A DNA stretch of 59,538 nucleotides, filler included, from Porpidia crustulata (Eukaryota), in the NCBI GenBank assembly GCA_964255105.1. It is 4 parts of 4 records of this genome, joined end to end, with 100 filler letters (N's around TTAATTAATTAA, not from the genome) between each part and the next. Parts side by side here need not be neighbours in the genome. Positions count along the whole stretch, not along the records: positions 14,942 to 29,754 come from CAXUWE010000357.1; 3 more parts are not named here. One strand, written 5' to 3'. Of the stretch, positions 14,842 to 27,047 are shown piece after piece. How positions within the stretch are numbered: the stretch's first letter is position 1; every line of letters begins with the position of its first letter. A program made the position numbers and the translations under genes. The notes beneath the pieces are model-generated. The model was not told where the DNA came from and did not search any database. It worked only from the letters and a program-made list of their open reading frames with translations.

Positions 14842-14941
14842 NNNNNNNNNNNNNNNNNNNNNNNNNNNNNNNNNNNNNNNNNNNNTTAATTAATTAANNN
14901 NNNNNNNNNNNNNNNNNNNNNNNNNNNNNNNNNNNNNNNNN
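14842..14941. other. Assembly linker (44 N + TTAATTAATTAA + 44 N)
   Basis: Six-frame stop spacer flanked by Ns; identical to the two other linkers. Confidence 0.97.
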
Positions 14942-17900
14942 GGGTCGGTGGGGAGGCGGCGGCGGAGGGCAGCGACGATGGTCTGTTGTTTGGGGATTGT
15001 ATCGGCGCTGTCGATGGGATCAGTGAAGAAACTGTGTGAGTTGTGGTGATGCGGTCAACAGAGGAACGGGCGTACTGATGTGATCTCCAGCCGTCGACGA
15101 AACCGTCGCGGGTGAGTTCGCCCATCGTGGGTGCGGAGAGTTCTGTGAGGATGGCGAGAACGATGACTTCGTCAAGGCTGACTCCTAGGTCGCCTAGGTA
15201 TCGCATGGATCCTTCCACTCCAATAGTGTCCGGATCATTTGCTGCATTATCTGCGTCGTGTCTCAAGTCAACCTGAAGATCCAGCCCATGGAAACATCGC
15301 AAGATTACCTCTGTATTTATCGAACAATTTATTCAGTAACGTCGATCCTGATCCGCTTGATGGACCGTGGTTCACGCCTTGGAAAAACCTATCAATCGCG
15401 ACTCGGTCAGCTCGTGGTCTTATCAATCGCTGCTCTGCCATGTAAAGGAAAATGCTTTTGCCTTGAGCTACAGCTTCTCTATGAGCTTTATCGATGGCGT
15501 CTTTGGTAGAAACGCCCTTTCTTGGCCTTGGATTCTTTCGAGATATAGTACGCTTTCGCTCAGCGTGACGTTTGGAGGGATCCCTCCTTGACGCTAGTCC
15601 ACTTGTAAGGCTCGATGCCTGTCGAGACCTAGGCATAGAGGTACTGGTAGCATCCGAGATCTTAGTCATTTCCTTGTCCTTCGATTTGTAAAATTCAGAT
15701 ACGCGCTTGAGACTTGCGGATTCAGGAACCATTGATGTTGAGTACGGCTCAGGCGTCCGAGGCCGGTCAGTCGTAGAATGATCCATATAGCGCAGAGCCT
15801 CCCGATGTCCAGTAGCCTTAGCTGGTCTGATATATTGCAAATCATTCATCTCTATACACGGTAATAATTCATCTGGTGTAGTGTTTGACTCTATACTCGG
15901 TATAGGCTCCTCACTTGGATCATGCATCTGGAAGGTAATACTGTGCATGGCATTGGAGCTACGGAAATCCTCCGCCATCCTGTCTGGCCCCATCAGCGCA
16001 GGACGAACCCCATGTAACACGGGGCCGGATTCACTGGCTTTGGTTATTGAAGAGCTAGACAACGGCTCGCCGGAATGTGCTGTTGACAACTCTCCAAGGG
16101 GACTGGCTACCTTCTGAGTTGTATCAGAACTGCTGGGATTATCTAATTTTGGTTCTGCATTTCTCTGATTAAGTTGTAATTGAGCTACAATAAGCCGTCG
16201 CAGATGTTCAAGTACTTGCGCCTCCGAAAAATCCCTTGCGCCAGGTACTTCTGATTCACGGTGTATCTCTTGACGGGTTAGGTGAAGGGCGTTATCCAGA
16301 AGTTTATAAATTCGCACACCTTCAGCGGATTTGGCTTTACCCAAGCGCCTTAAGGTATCCATCATATCGTTGTCGGCCACCTCACTTAGAAGGCGGGACA
16401 TAAGAGCCTTTGGGGGCTTCAGCTGCATTGGGGACCTTGGCGGACTCGGTGACGTGAAGGGGGTCGATAGACTAAGTATACTTTCAGAGCTTGGCGAGCG
16501 TGGTGAACTAGATGGGCTTGAGAGCTTTGGTCGCGTGGGTGGCTTTGGTGGATTTAATCGTAGCTTGACAGGTTTGGGAGGAGGTGCTGATGAACCGAAA
16601 CTCCCAGGCGGTCCGGCTTCAGTGATATCACTTTCAGGGCCTACGAGACTGGAGTTCGACATGGAGATTGCGTCCATCAAATGCTGGGTCATTTCTGGCA
16701 CTCCTGAAATTTTTTGGTTGAATTGCTGTTTCTTCCGGCTTGAACTCTCATTGCATGCTGAAAATCGTTTCCTCTTCCTACATGCACACTGCAGTTGTTG
16801 GCAGCTTGAACAGCGGAAGCTGGATTCTTTGAGCACTTCCGCAGTGAAGCATTTGGAAATAAATTGTTCATGGTCTTCGCTATCGAAGGCAAACAAATCT
16901 GTGACTGTACTACGTTTTGTCAATTTACCACAACGACTGCTACTGGTAACATAGGGAACATATTGCTTCCGGACTGGAAAAGTGACATTGGTGCTCGCTT
17001 TCCGGAACTTCATGATCTTCGCTCTCAGTACTGTTTTAGAGTGGACGTGTTCTTGCGTATAATCTCGAGGTAGCCCAATTTTGAGCCCAAGCTTACGAGC
17101 TTCCTTGGTCGGCAAGTCCAAACCGAACATACTACAAGTCATTCCCTTTTCAGGAGATGTCAATAAAAGCCTGCTGTCGTACTTTTCATCTTCTGACATG
17201 AATCGCCTCCATGCGCTGTCGATCGCCTTCTGCTGATTCGACTCCCCTGCAGCTTGGGTTTTGGCAACAAACTTTTGCAGAGGCGTCACGGGATGTTTAC
17301 TTGATGATCTGAGGGTGTCCGTCACCTCAGTCATCTGCCTTAATGGCGTACAATATTTGGGCGGAGGCATGAGATTGATAGGATCTTCGCTTTTGTTGAG
17401 TGGCCATCCACTTTCATGGTTGGTTAAAACAATGGCCGATTGCAATTTTGGGGGCGCATTATAGATGCATTCTTTGTGAAAGATTTTATTACTATCATAT
17501 GCGGGATGACTGTTACTGATTTCTTTGAAGAGCGGAGAGGCGCGCGCTTCCTCTATGTGGGTGTCCAAGCTTGAGATCTGGGGCTTTCTCTGCTGTGGTG
17601 GAAACGTTTGTGGCTTTCCTGCAGTTGATATCACTTCAGTAGAACTACTCTCCAACAACAACCTAATATCAGGAGCTCGAGAATCCTGACGTGATACATC
17701 TAGAGTCAGCAGATCGCCTGCACCGATCGTCTCTGAGGCTACGGGTAAGCCTGGGCTGTGTACTTCCACCACTTCCTCGCCTTCGTTAAAGTCATTTGCA
17801 AAGATACGCCGATATGCTACTGCTTGTGTAAATTCATATTGCGATATGTGCGACTTCTGAGTACTCGTCGATTCGTGCTCGCCTATGGCAGTCTGTATCA

Positions 17901-19633
17901 TGGCGATTGCGTCTCTCCCTGTTGAGCCAACTTTACGCACATCTTCACATATTTCTGCCAACTCGCCACTGACGGCTTGCCTCGACCGGAGTTTATCCTC
18001 AAGCATATCGATCTGCTGAGAATTTGCTGGTTCTTCCTCAGCAGCTTCTTCCTCGGCAGCTTCTTCCTCGGCAGCTTCTTCCTCGGCAGCTTCTTCCCAT
18101 ATCTCTTCAGCAATTAAGGCAGCATCAAGCCTGTCACTACGCGAAATTGATTTATAAAGTGCGTCATCGTTGATAAGAAGACCTGCAAGCGCTTCTTTAA
18201 TGAGAGCTATGGCATTAGCATGGTGAAGATCACCCGAGGTATATAAATTGATGAGACCGGCGATCTCTTCAATAGTATCTTTCTCGTGCGATGTATGATG
18301 GTAAGCCTTCCATTCAGCGGCCTTTGCGGTTTCAATATGATGGGTGGGAAATTGAAGTGTCTCCAGATGCAGAATTAGATCAGAGTTGGATGTATTATCT
18401 TCGGCCAGGATATCACGATAGCGGTCAGGAGCGTCTTCAAGACTAATTGTGCCATCCTGAATAAGGTCATAAAGAGACCAGAGGCAATCATGCGTTTGCC
18501 GATCCCCGAATTCTACTCGCCTATGCTTAGGTCCTGATCCCCAACTGAAGCTAGTCCCTGGCATCTGCCTGCCGCAAGAACTTGCTGATATAGCCGTCGC
18601 TTGTCCTGATGATTGCTGTCCTCGGTAAAGTAGACTCAGGCCTTTCGGAAATTTATTACGGTATTTCTGGCTGACGTGATGCCTCAGATCTGGCTCTAGT
18701 CCGTAGACTGTCCTCCTATCTCGCCCTAGAGGTATGGTATATACCACTCTCATCTCACTTAGGTAACTAAGTGTTGGATCGATGTCAAACGCTGCCAAGG
18801 TCTTCTGAAGCGTGCTTTCTGGCATGAGCGGTCGTTGGAGAGCGAATCTGAACATCGACGGCAGTTTCCCTGATTTCATCCTGTCGTTCGTGTACGCTGC
18901 TTCCTTGCACCAGCTTGAAAAGAGGGCAGCAAGCCTATCCCGATGCAAAGATGGCGAGGGTCGCCGATTGGGTTTGAGGACCGGTGTCTCATTTTTTTCC
19001 GTGATCGAGGCCAAAGAATAGTTGAAAGGCATAGTATCTTCTATGTAAAGCAGCTGTCTTGAGATCTCTTCGTCGCTGAGCTTTGCACCTTGGGCTGCCT
19101 GGATCTGAGCAATTTGTCGCTCTACCGATGCTGCAGCCTCGCGCAGCCTCAATTCTCTGTCCTCTTTTGCCACATCATCTTCCATGTTTCTTGCGGCCAA
19201 GCTCTCAGTTTCCCTACACGTGAAGTGATTTGAGACGTCCTTGAAAATTCGAAAACCAGGAGTTGGGATCCAGAGCCAAGGGAAATCTTTTGGTGAGTTC
19301 AAATAACATTAAAGAATCATACAGTGTACTGATAGTGAATCCAAAAAACATGCTCCAAATGAAATATACATACGCATCTATTGCCTGTTCGACGTTCCAC
19401 CCATGGACTTTGAGTTGCTGTCAAATACATTTCGTTAGCCCCCTCGATCTTGCCGTCCACGCTCAGATAATGCAGGGGAGAGGCAGGAGCCAGTGGGAAG
19501 CAAGCTCGTAAGATCTACGTGATGTACAAGTCGATTGAAGACGACTTGCCTTGGCAGCAACACTGTCTTTGGCTTGTGTGAAGCCCACGAATTGGGCGAT
19601 TGCTGCCTTTTGTGACGCTGTGTACGAAGGCAT
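14942..19633 (-). CDS. DCN1: DCN1 (defective in cullin neddylation 1; UBA-like + PONY domain), canonical short isoform, 3'-truncated by a gap
   Basis: Exon 1 19633-19550 MPSYTASQKAAIAQFVGFTQAKDSVAAK; GC-AG intron; exon 2 19417-19374 QLKVHGWNVEQAID(A); 3985-nt intron; exon 3 15388-15309 FFQ...LNKLFDKYR; exon 4 15250-15076 DPDTIGVEGSMRYLGDLGVSLDEV...GELTRDGFVDGW; exon 5 from 15007 ADTIPKQ. All phases are compatible. Confidence 0.9.
15389..19213 (-). CDS. Large stop-free coding block (1275 codons) inside DCN1 intron 2; putative giant alternative exon or alternative N-terminus
   Basis: Part of ORF 19302-15268; runs in frame into DCN1 exon 3; first ATG at 19185; S/P/E/K-rich; no family recognised. 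Confidence 0.75.
18031..18097 (-). repeat. 15-bp coding tandem repeat, about 4.5 copies (EEEAA)
   Basis: Plus-strand unit TTCTTCCTCGGCAGC repeated; frame-preserving. Confidence 0.95.
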
Positions 19634-20076
19634 GCTGGCGACACAGTGCGTTGGACAGGAGAATTGGAGAAGAATGAAGTCTCCCTTGCGGAGCCTGTGA
19701 GTACAAAGATCAAATCGGTAGCTACTGCGCCATGGGAAGCGACACGAGTGTCAGTAGCTGGCTATCGTGAAGCTATTGTGGAGCTGTCGCAGAGTTGTCT
19801 TTGATTATTTGCGGGACGACGATGGAAAGTCATGGGAGTAGGTAGGGCTGACCGTTTCGGCGGATCAAATCACCGAAGAGGGCCGCCGCTGAAATCAACT
19901 GCTATGTACTTGATCGAAAACAAAATGGAGTTGACTCAACATATACGCCAGCGACTTTGATTATGATACACATGGTACGCCGGCTTCTGTCCCTGCCTCG
20001 CCATAACGTCGGACGGGGCAGTACTAAATACATAAAGGGGATACTCTACATCGCTTCAAGGCACAGTATCTTAAGG

Positions 20077-22510
20077 CTAATCCCCTGTTGGCATGTTTTC
20101 AACCTCCTCGCTCAGTGCTCTCCAATTGTCCGCCTGTAGCTCCGCATACTTGACTCGCTCTTGGCTCCAGTCCTGATGCAGCTTGCTGATATGATACTGG
20201 GATTGCTGAAAGTACATCAACTCATCACGGATGCACTCTTTGATAAAAACACCGCGTGCATGTTGATCCACTATCGACTGCTTGTCCTGCATTGTATTAG
20301 CATTGTGTGCCAAAACACATCCTGCACCCACTCACGGCTCTGACTGCTTCTTCTAGCTTTTCCTGTTCACCTGGCTTTGCAGCGGCGCCTTCTGGTCTTC
20401 TCATAAGCCCAGCTAGCTTATTCTCATTGCTCTCTATTCTTCGCTCCAATTGCGGAATATTATCTCTGGCATAGCGATCCCGGCGGTCGAACATGTCTCT
20501 TACCCCAACGAGGGTATCTCTTTGCTTCTTGAAGTCTTCCAGCACACCTTCATCCCATGCGCGGGCTTCGTCTTCAAGCAAACTTTGGCTCGTTGTCAAA
20601 TGCTTGGCTGTTGCGCCGATTCCACCGTTGAGCAAGGGAACTTCGTTCGTATCTGTGGCATATGTGCTCTGGGAACACTCAGTCAGAGCCATTAATGCCT
20701 GCGAAAACCTCAGATAATCTGCGGCAACCCCTTGATTTCGCTTTGCCAGACGCTCGAGCAAGCTACAAAGGTTGATGTAAGATTCCGCGGACTGAAGAAC
20801 ACCAGATCGGACCGTATTGAATGTCTCGGCAAGATTAGTTGGTAAGGAATCTTCGAGGCCTGGAGGAAGAAATTTGCCAGCGAATTCTTCTTGAACGGAT
20901 TTCGAAGCCTCCTTCCGCCACACTGCAAGTTCCTGATGCTGACGATAAGCTTTCACACTGGTGGCTAAGCACAGCACTGACTTACTGTGGGAACTGTAAG
21001 GAACATTGTTACGAGCTGTTCTTGGCTAAGGACAGGATGCCGCACGAGCGCATTTGCGAACCTTACGAGACCTCGCCTTCGCTTTTCGATGAATGTTGCA
21101 TCGGCCGATAAATGCCTTCCATTGACTAGGCACATTCAGATTATTAGCCCTAGTATCCTGCATGAGGCGGGCGATCTTACCAGCAACCCGCTTCGGTGGC
21201 AGTAGTGGTAGCTGTCTGAAAGGATATCGTTTATGTAGGCAGTCCAGGAGCCAGACAAAATCGCTGTACCGCCTTACAACGTTACTCCCTCTCCTTACAC
21301 TTTTGACTTCGTAATTATGGTGCTGAAACATGAACATTCCTTCCTTGTCGGGGAGTAGAACAACCGTAACTATCTCTTCTACACTACGATTTGTAGTGCC
21401 GCCACTGCCGAGAGACCTTGAGGTGCCACCTCCTGTATGATTTCCTCCTTGGCCGTCTAGATCAGATGCAAATCCCTCGGCTCCAGTTCCTGATTGCGCA
21501 CTGCCGGTAAAGCCACTTGTAGAGTTTCCATACGAGTCCCAGCCTCCGCCACTTCCATCTACAGGACGCCCACCAGAGGATTCATCACCTTCCAAGGTAG
21601 ACGCTGTTGATGTTGGCAAGTCTGAGTGTGTAGTAAAGGCACTCGTGGTCCTGGCGGAACCACCTACTCCATTGTTCATTGGCCTTACAGCCGTGACTCC
21701 CTTCGAAGGTGTTACTTCGTTTTCCACTGTATGTGTATGTCCTCTGTGCATGGCGGGACTGCCCCAAGGATCGCTGTCTAGATTCTCCAGTGAGTCTCTC
21801 CGTATGCGCCTGGATTTCGTTGGTGTAGCCGTAGAGGTGGCTCCCTCCGACGGCGGAGTGGCCTCTTCTGGGTAGTTCAAAGGTTCCTCCGGATTTTCTG
21901 AAGCCTTCCGCGTTCTTAGCTTTTTAATGAATGGTAATGATGGCTGAGGTAGGTCTAGCCATTGCAAATGTCAGTGGTAATATGGCAGCGGCCAGAAAAT
22001 TAGGAGTTGCTAACTTTTTCTCCTCTCGTCTACGCCGTCCAATGTCGCTTCTTCCTTCTGCTGAGATAGCCCTGCAAGAGCAAGCAAAACGTTGACTTGG
22101 CTACGATTGAGGCCACCAGTGGGCTCTTGCACGCCTGTCACTATATCAAGTATTCTATTTTGCTCTTTTTCGCTCAGCCCACTGCCTTCAAATATTTCTT
22201 TAGCACCCAACAGGCTGACCGATCCAGCTCCTTCTCTATATCCTGACTCCAATAATATGTCATACGCGTCAATGTAGCTTTCAGGTACATCAGACGCAGG
22301 CAGCAGCGACTTCACCAAGTCACCTTTACCAGATTTCTTGGGCGTTGGCATGCTCCATGGAGTCTCTCTGTTTCCGTTGTGATCATCGAACAGCGAGGAG
22401 TGGGAAGCTGCAGCAGGAGTCTGATTGTGGTGAAAGAGTGATTGCGGTTCCGGCGATGCTGCCGACTTCGACAGACTTGAATCCTCTGGAGAGCTACCAA
22501 ACAACGACAT
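20077..22510 (-). CDS. MVP1: Sorting nexin MVP1 (PX-BAR)
   Basis: Exons 22510-22015, 21954-21181, 21125-20986, 20932-20336, 20286-20077; starts MSLFG; PX motif VVRRYSDFVWLLDCLHKRYPFRQLPLLPPKR; BAR region. Confidence 0.92.
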
Positions 22511-22990
22511 ATTCTTGGTGTGTCCACTATATCGGAGATTTCACCATTGGACCATGGTTTTACTGTCTCATCCTATAGCATTCATTGGATGATGTATGTG
22601 GCCAGCAATTATAATACGAGTCCTGACGACGGAGCTTGATCCATGCACGCGCCGTGGCAGGTCCGTTTTGCACCTAAGTAGTGATAGCTCATCAACATTG
22701 TTACCGATTCATCATGCATCATTTCAAGCACCCATCTCAAGTACTTATCCGAGCACTACTACGAAGCCATAGGCGAGCAGAACCACTAACGAAAAGGCGC
22801 TCATTGTCCACTACGAGATTGAGAAATTAGATCGATTCGTGGGCAGGATTGCACGAATCTAATGTAGATTTGTCCATCTGATAGCCGATGTCTATATCAT
22901 TGCGTGAACGCTGAAGTCAAGTTTATAAAAGCCATACAATTCAGCAGTGTTATATCAAAAGCCGACCTGCTTAAATGCTCTGGTGGTCTG

Positions 22991-25900
22991 CTAATCCGCA
23001 CCGTCTTTTGCACTTACTGAGGATGGCTGGGAAGAACCATCACGGCTCCTGTCATCTTCGGAACACTGAGTGGCAGTTCTTTGCAGCGCAACGCGCTGCC
23101 AGCTACTTCCACCCGTCAGCAATACAGAAGCAAAGTCAGTGCTCCCCGGAAACCATTTTTCTCGCCGCGTGCTGGCCTTGCTACCGCCTTCAAGTGCCGC
23201 ACGGCTTGCGCGCGTTGTCCGTATTCTTTTACCGTTCCTTGCACCCTCAGATAATAAAGAATTCAAACGTAGGCGCTGCTCCTCTAGTCTCATATCGTAC
23301 GCGACAATCGACCGGACGTATGGTGCGACTTCTTCCATAATGACTGACTGTGTATTATCAAACGATGAGATATATGGTCCTTTAGAGAGAGATTTGGGCG
23401 AGTGCGCAATAGGGCTGAAGGTAGTGATAAGACTAGATCTTGTAATGGGATCTTGACCTCGTAGTCTTCGACCTTTCCCATATTTAATTTCGGTGCAATA
23501 ATCTTCCATCGACTGAGCTATAGATGGGCTCATTTTGGCTTGGGCTAACAAGTTCCTCGTGCAAAATGCCACGCTTGAAGCAAAGGACATTGCCAAGTTG
23601 GTAGGATCGCTCCGAGGTTCAGCCTGTAATAGTATTGAGCCTTCGACAAAATCGGCTCGAGTCTTTTCAGTGAGTCGAGGCTGGCTGGGATCCAGAACAG
23701 CCTACCGTTGTCAGTAAACAAACGCCGTGAAAGCTGATCATTTTCTTACAGAACTGCCATACTGGACCCCATAACGGGGATATATGTCGGCGGTACTAAG
23801 AGCGCCCAAGGCTTGATCAAGATTTTCCAGTGTTGTCAATTTTTCTTGCCTCTCTACTTGACCTTTGGAAGCAAGTGTGTTCTTGGTGACGAGCTCTTCC
23901 CAGTCTTGCACGTCCCTGCTCCAACCGCTCGATATTTCTCCTAATATACCATTTCGCTCATAAATTGGACCCCCTGAATCTAGCTGCTTATCCTTGCAAG
24001 CTGCGCAACCCATCCCTTTGAGGTATGTACCTTCACTGATAACACGCATCGTCTCTTCCTTGTCGTTTTGGCGTTCTCGTAGGGATGGTCGTATCAACAT
24101 CCACTCTAGTCCTCCCTTTGTGTCACCAAGTGCCATCTGGCAGAAGAAGTTCAACTCGTTGATGGAAGCTCTTAGATCGTTACCTTTGCAGTTATACAAC
24201 GCTGAAACAGCTTCTCGCGAAAGCAGATGACCTTCATTGCATGCAACTAGTAGAAGATAATCGGTTGCGAGTGACTCTGAAGGTGGTCTGAAGCGGAGAA
24301 TTGCATGGAGTGGCAGGTGATGGAGCGGAAGTAAGCTCTCATCCGTACAAGTCATGATGATTGGCCTTTTGGACTGCAGTACCAATTCCAGGGTTGTCGC
24401 CCAGAACTGCCTGTCTTCCTCGAACAGTATGTCTACTTCTTCCAACAGTATCACGGATTGCTTATGATTAGGTGACTTCTTAGGCTTTTCCTTCGATTTC
24501 GGAAAGGCCCGCTTCTTGTGCGATTTGGGTTTCGACTTCTCGCTCTGTGGTTTCGGCTTAAAAAAAGAGTTCACGGTGCCTTGTCGGCCAGACTCAAGGT
24601 CCTGTTTCAGTGCGTCTGATACAAGTAGTACGCTTTCACCCGTGTTTTCACTTTGACCAATGCCCACTTCGCACTTTTCAGGGCCGAGGCTTACGAGATG
24701 ATTTCGAGACATATCGCCCACCTTGTCCAGAAGGTCTTTTCCACTTCTTCGACTGCCTGCATTGATCTCAAATACTTCGAAATTCAGCTCCTTTGCGACG
24801 GCATATACCGCAGCCGTCTTACCACAGCCGTGTGGACCACTGATGACCACTGCATTGGAGACTCTTCCGCTACTGCCAGTGGCAGTGGAAAAGTCCAAGA
24901 AATCTCCGTTTCTCAAGAGAGATCTTTTTGTAGAAGAACGGACTTGAGGGCCGGGGCCATCTAATCTAGGATCAGCGAGCTCGTCCATTTGGTCTAGTTC
25001 CTCATCACTCGAAACGATGAAGCCTTCAAGACCTCTTGAATTTTTTTGTCGTTTTTTCCTTGGAACTGGGCCTTTTGATGGATCCTGGACTTTGGTGGCA
25101 CCAGTAATGCTACCCTCGACAGAATTGACTGTTAAATTTTTGAGCCAATAACGTAGATGCAAGGCTTCTGGGCCTTGTTGCAATACCTGGTCGGCAGATT
25201 TTGGTGCGTATTTGTGCGCCCAGTCCTGAGTTTCGCATTCGAAGGCGTCGAAGGCAGTAAGTGAAGTCGCGATTTTCTCGTACAAGTGGAGCAGGGCATC
25301 GTGGGCTGGAGCGTGATCAGATCCTAAGCTGTCACGACACGGTTCTTCTCGAAGACCCAATGTTTCAGCCTTTCCTGGCGTGGGAAGGCTGCATGAGATA
25401 CTCTCACGGACTCTCTGTTGTGCTTCTGAACCAGTCATAACTCTTCGACTTGGCAGTCGGCCTGAAGCCCTTCCACCATCAGCCATGTTGTGCAAACTAT
25501 TCTTTTCCAAACGGCAGGACTTCACTAGGGCTGCAAAGACCTGCAAAAATTCCTCTCGCTCCGATATATGGAGTGCAGCATTTTTCAATCTCGAAGAAGT
25601 TCGAGGAACGCCAGATATCTGGGGAGTAGTGGTGAGATCAGAATCTGGCGCAACCTGGTGCCCAATATGAACCATGCCTCGGGGAGGGAATACTGGGGCT
25701 ATAGCTCCGGGAAATCTGCGGATTCTTGATTTATCCTGGCCTGGTGGTCGTGCATCGAATCCACCGAGACTAGTCCGTGCCCCACCTGGGTCTTGATAGA
25801 CTGTCAAAGGTTTCTCTAAGGTAGATTTTACTTCTCGCTGCCTGAGAGCGTTGTCATGATTTGCACTTCCAGTGATACTATCCTCCGTGGCTGGTCGAGA

Positions 25901-26625
25901 TTTATCAGAAAGCCTGGTAAGTGGATCGATGAAAAAAGGATGGGTGGGTTTAGGAGGTTCAATTTTAGCAACAGCGATTTTCGTCATGCTGAGTTCGTTG
26001 GAGTGCTTGTCATTCACAGACGAAAAGATCTGGGTCATTTCATTTTTGCCGTATTTCAGCACAACAATCATGTGCTTCTCCTTGGCCCGCATTTTGCTGA
26101 TTGCTTTCTTCGCCCCTCGAAATGACTTGCTTGCCATATCTTGGGGCCTGGGCGAGACTAGCTTGCCGTCAGGACGAACTTTCAACATCTTCTTCGGTGG
26201 TGTTGATGGATTTTTCACCTGCGAAGCTCGCTCGGTCTTTTGATGTTCATTTGCCATGTTTTCTTCCTGTTTTGTAAGATAGTGCTGTGCGGATTCTGTA
26301 GCAGAATTTGGGGCCGGCTCTTGTTGCTCCCCTTGATCTGAATGTTCTCCAAACGCTGCTACGTGTAGTTGGTCTTGCCACGAATCTACAGTAGTGCTTG
26401 AGTACGATGAAGTACACTGGATTGGTGATGCAGTCCGCCGGCGTTTCTTTTGGTTTTCGTCGCCATTTTCCTCAATATCAATGGATTGTACAATACCTAA
26501 GGCTATTCGTTAATCATATGCCAGCGGATGAAAATTATATACCCACTTGATTTCGGTCTGAAGAAAGCGTACAGACTTGGCCCATTATGATTATCCATAC
26601 TCGTATACTTCACAACAGCAGCCAT
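22991..26625 (-). CDS. ELG1: ELG1/ATAD5-like alternative RFC large subunit (AAA+ ATPase)
   Basis: Exons 26625-26547, 26496-23750, 23701-22991; WAHKYAP, Walker A GPHGCGKT, FEINAGSRRSGK, Walker B ILLEEVD, SKRPIIMTC, DLRASI; C-terminal RTTRASR. Confidence 0.85.
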
Positions 26626-26863
26626 CGGACCTCATCATCGCCATTGACTGAATGCATTCCACCAAAGAATGAAGCTTTTACTGTTTGGCCTTTGGTAGGA
26701 TTCTGCATGGGATTCCTTGGTAGAATGATCAATACGGCCGGTATGAAGAGTACAGTACTCCGTTAAGTCATTGAAATGGAAGTGACCAAGACGATTAATA
26801 CCCTACATGGGATATGGCAAAGATGCCCCCCAATGACTTCCATTTTATTTAACTCACTCGACC

Positions 26864-26890
26864 CGCGTCGGACGCTATTCATTGACGCGT
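26864..26890. promoter_or_regulatory. MCB-like (MluI cell-cycle box) elements in the ELG1/UTP8 divergent promoter
   Basis: ACGCGT at 26885-26890 and CGCGTC at 26864-26869; plausible for a replication gene. Confidence 0.35.
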
Positions 26891-27047
26891 TCATTGAAGT
26901 GCGGCAGTTGCCGACACAGAACCTTGCAATGGTCGGTCAAAACAATCGCCGAGCCGAAAAGCTTCCCCGCCATTACTTTTTATAATGACCTTCAGTCAAT
27001 AGATAGGGCGTGGTGGTGCACAAGTCTGATTCGGCTTTCTGTACACA

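Noticed and set aside
15268..19302. 1344-aa ORF as a stand-alone gene or transposon
   Set aside because: Its 3' end is DCN1 exon 3, with the stop falling inside DCN1 intron 3; DCN1 exons 1-2 lie upstream; no TIR, LTR or transposase motifs seen
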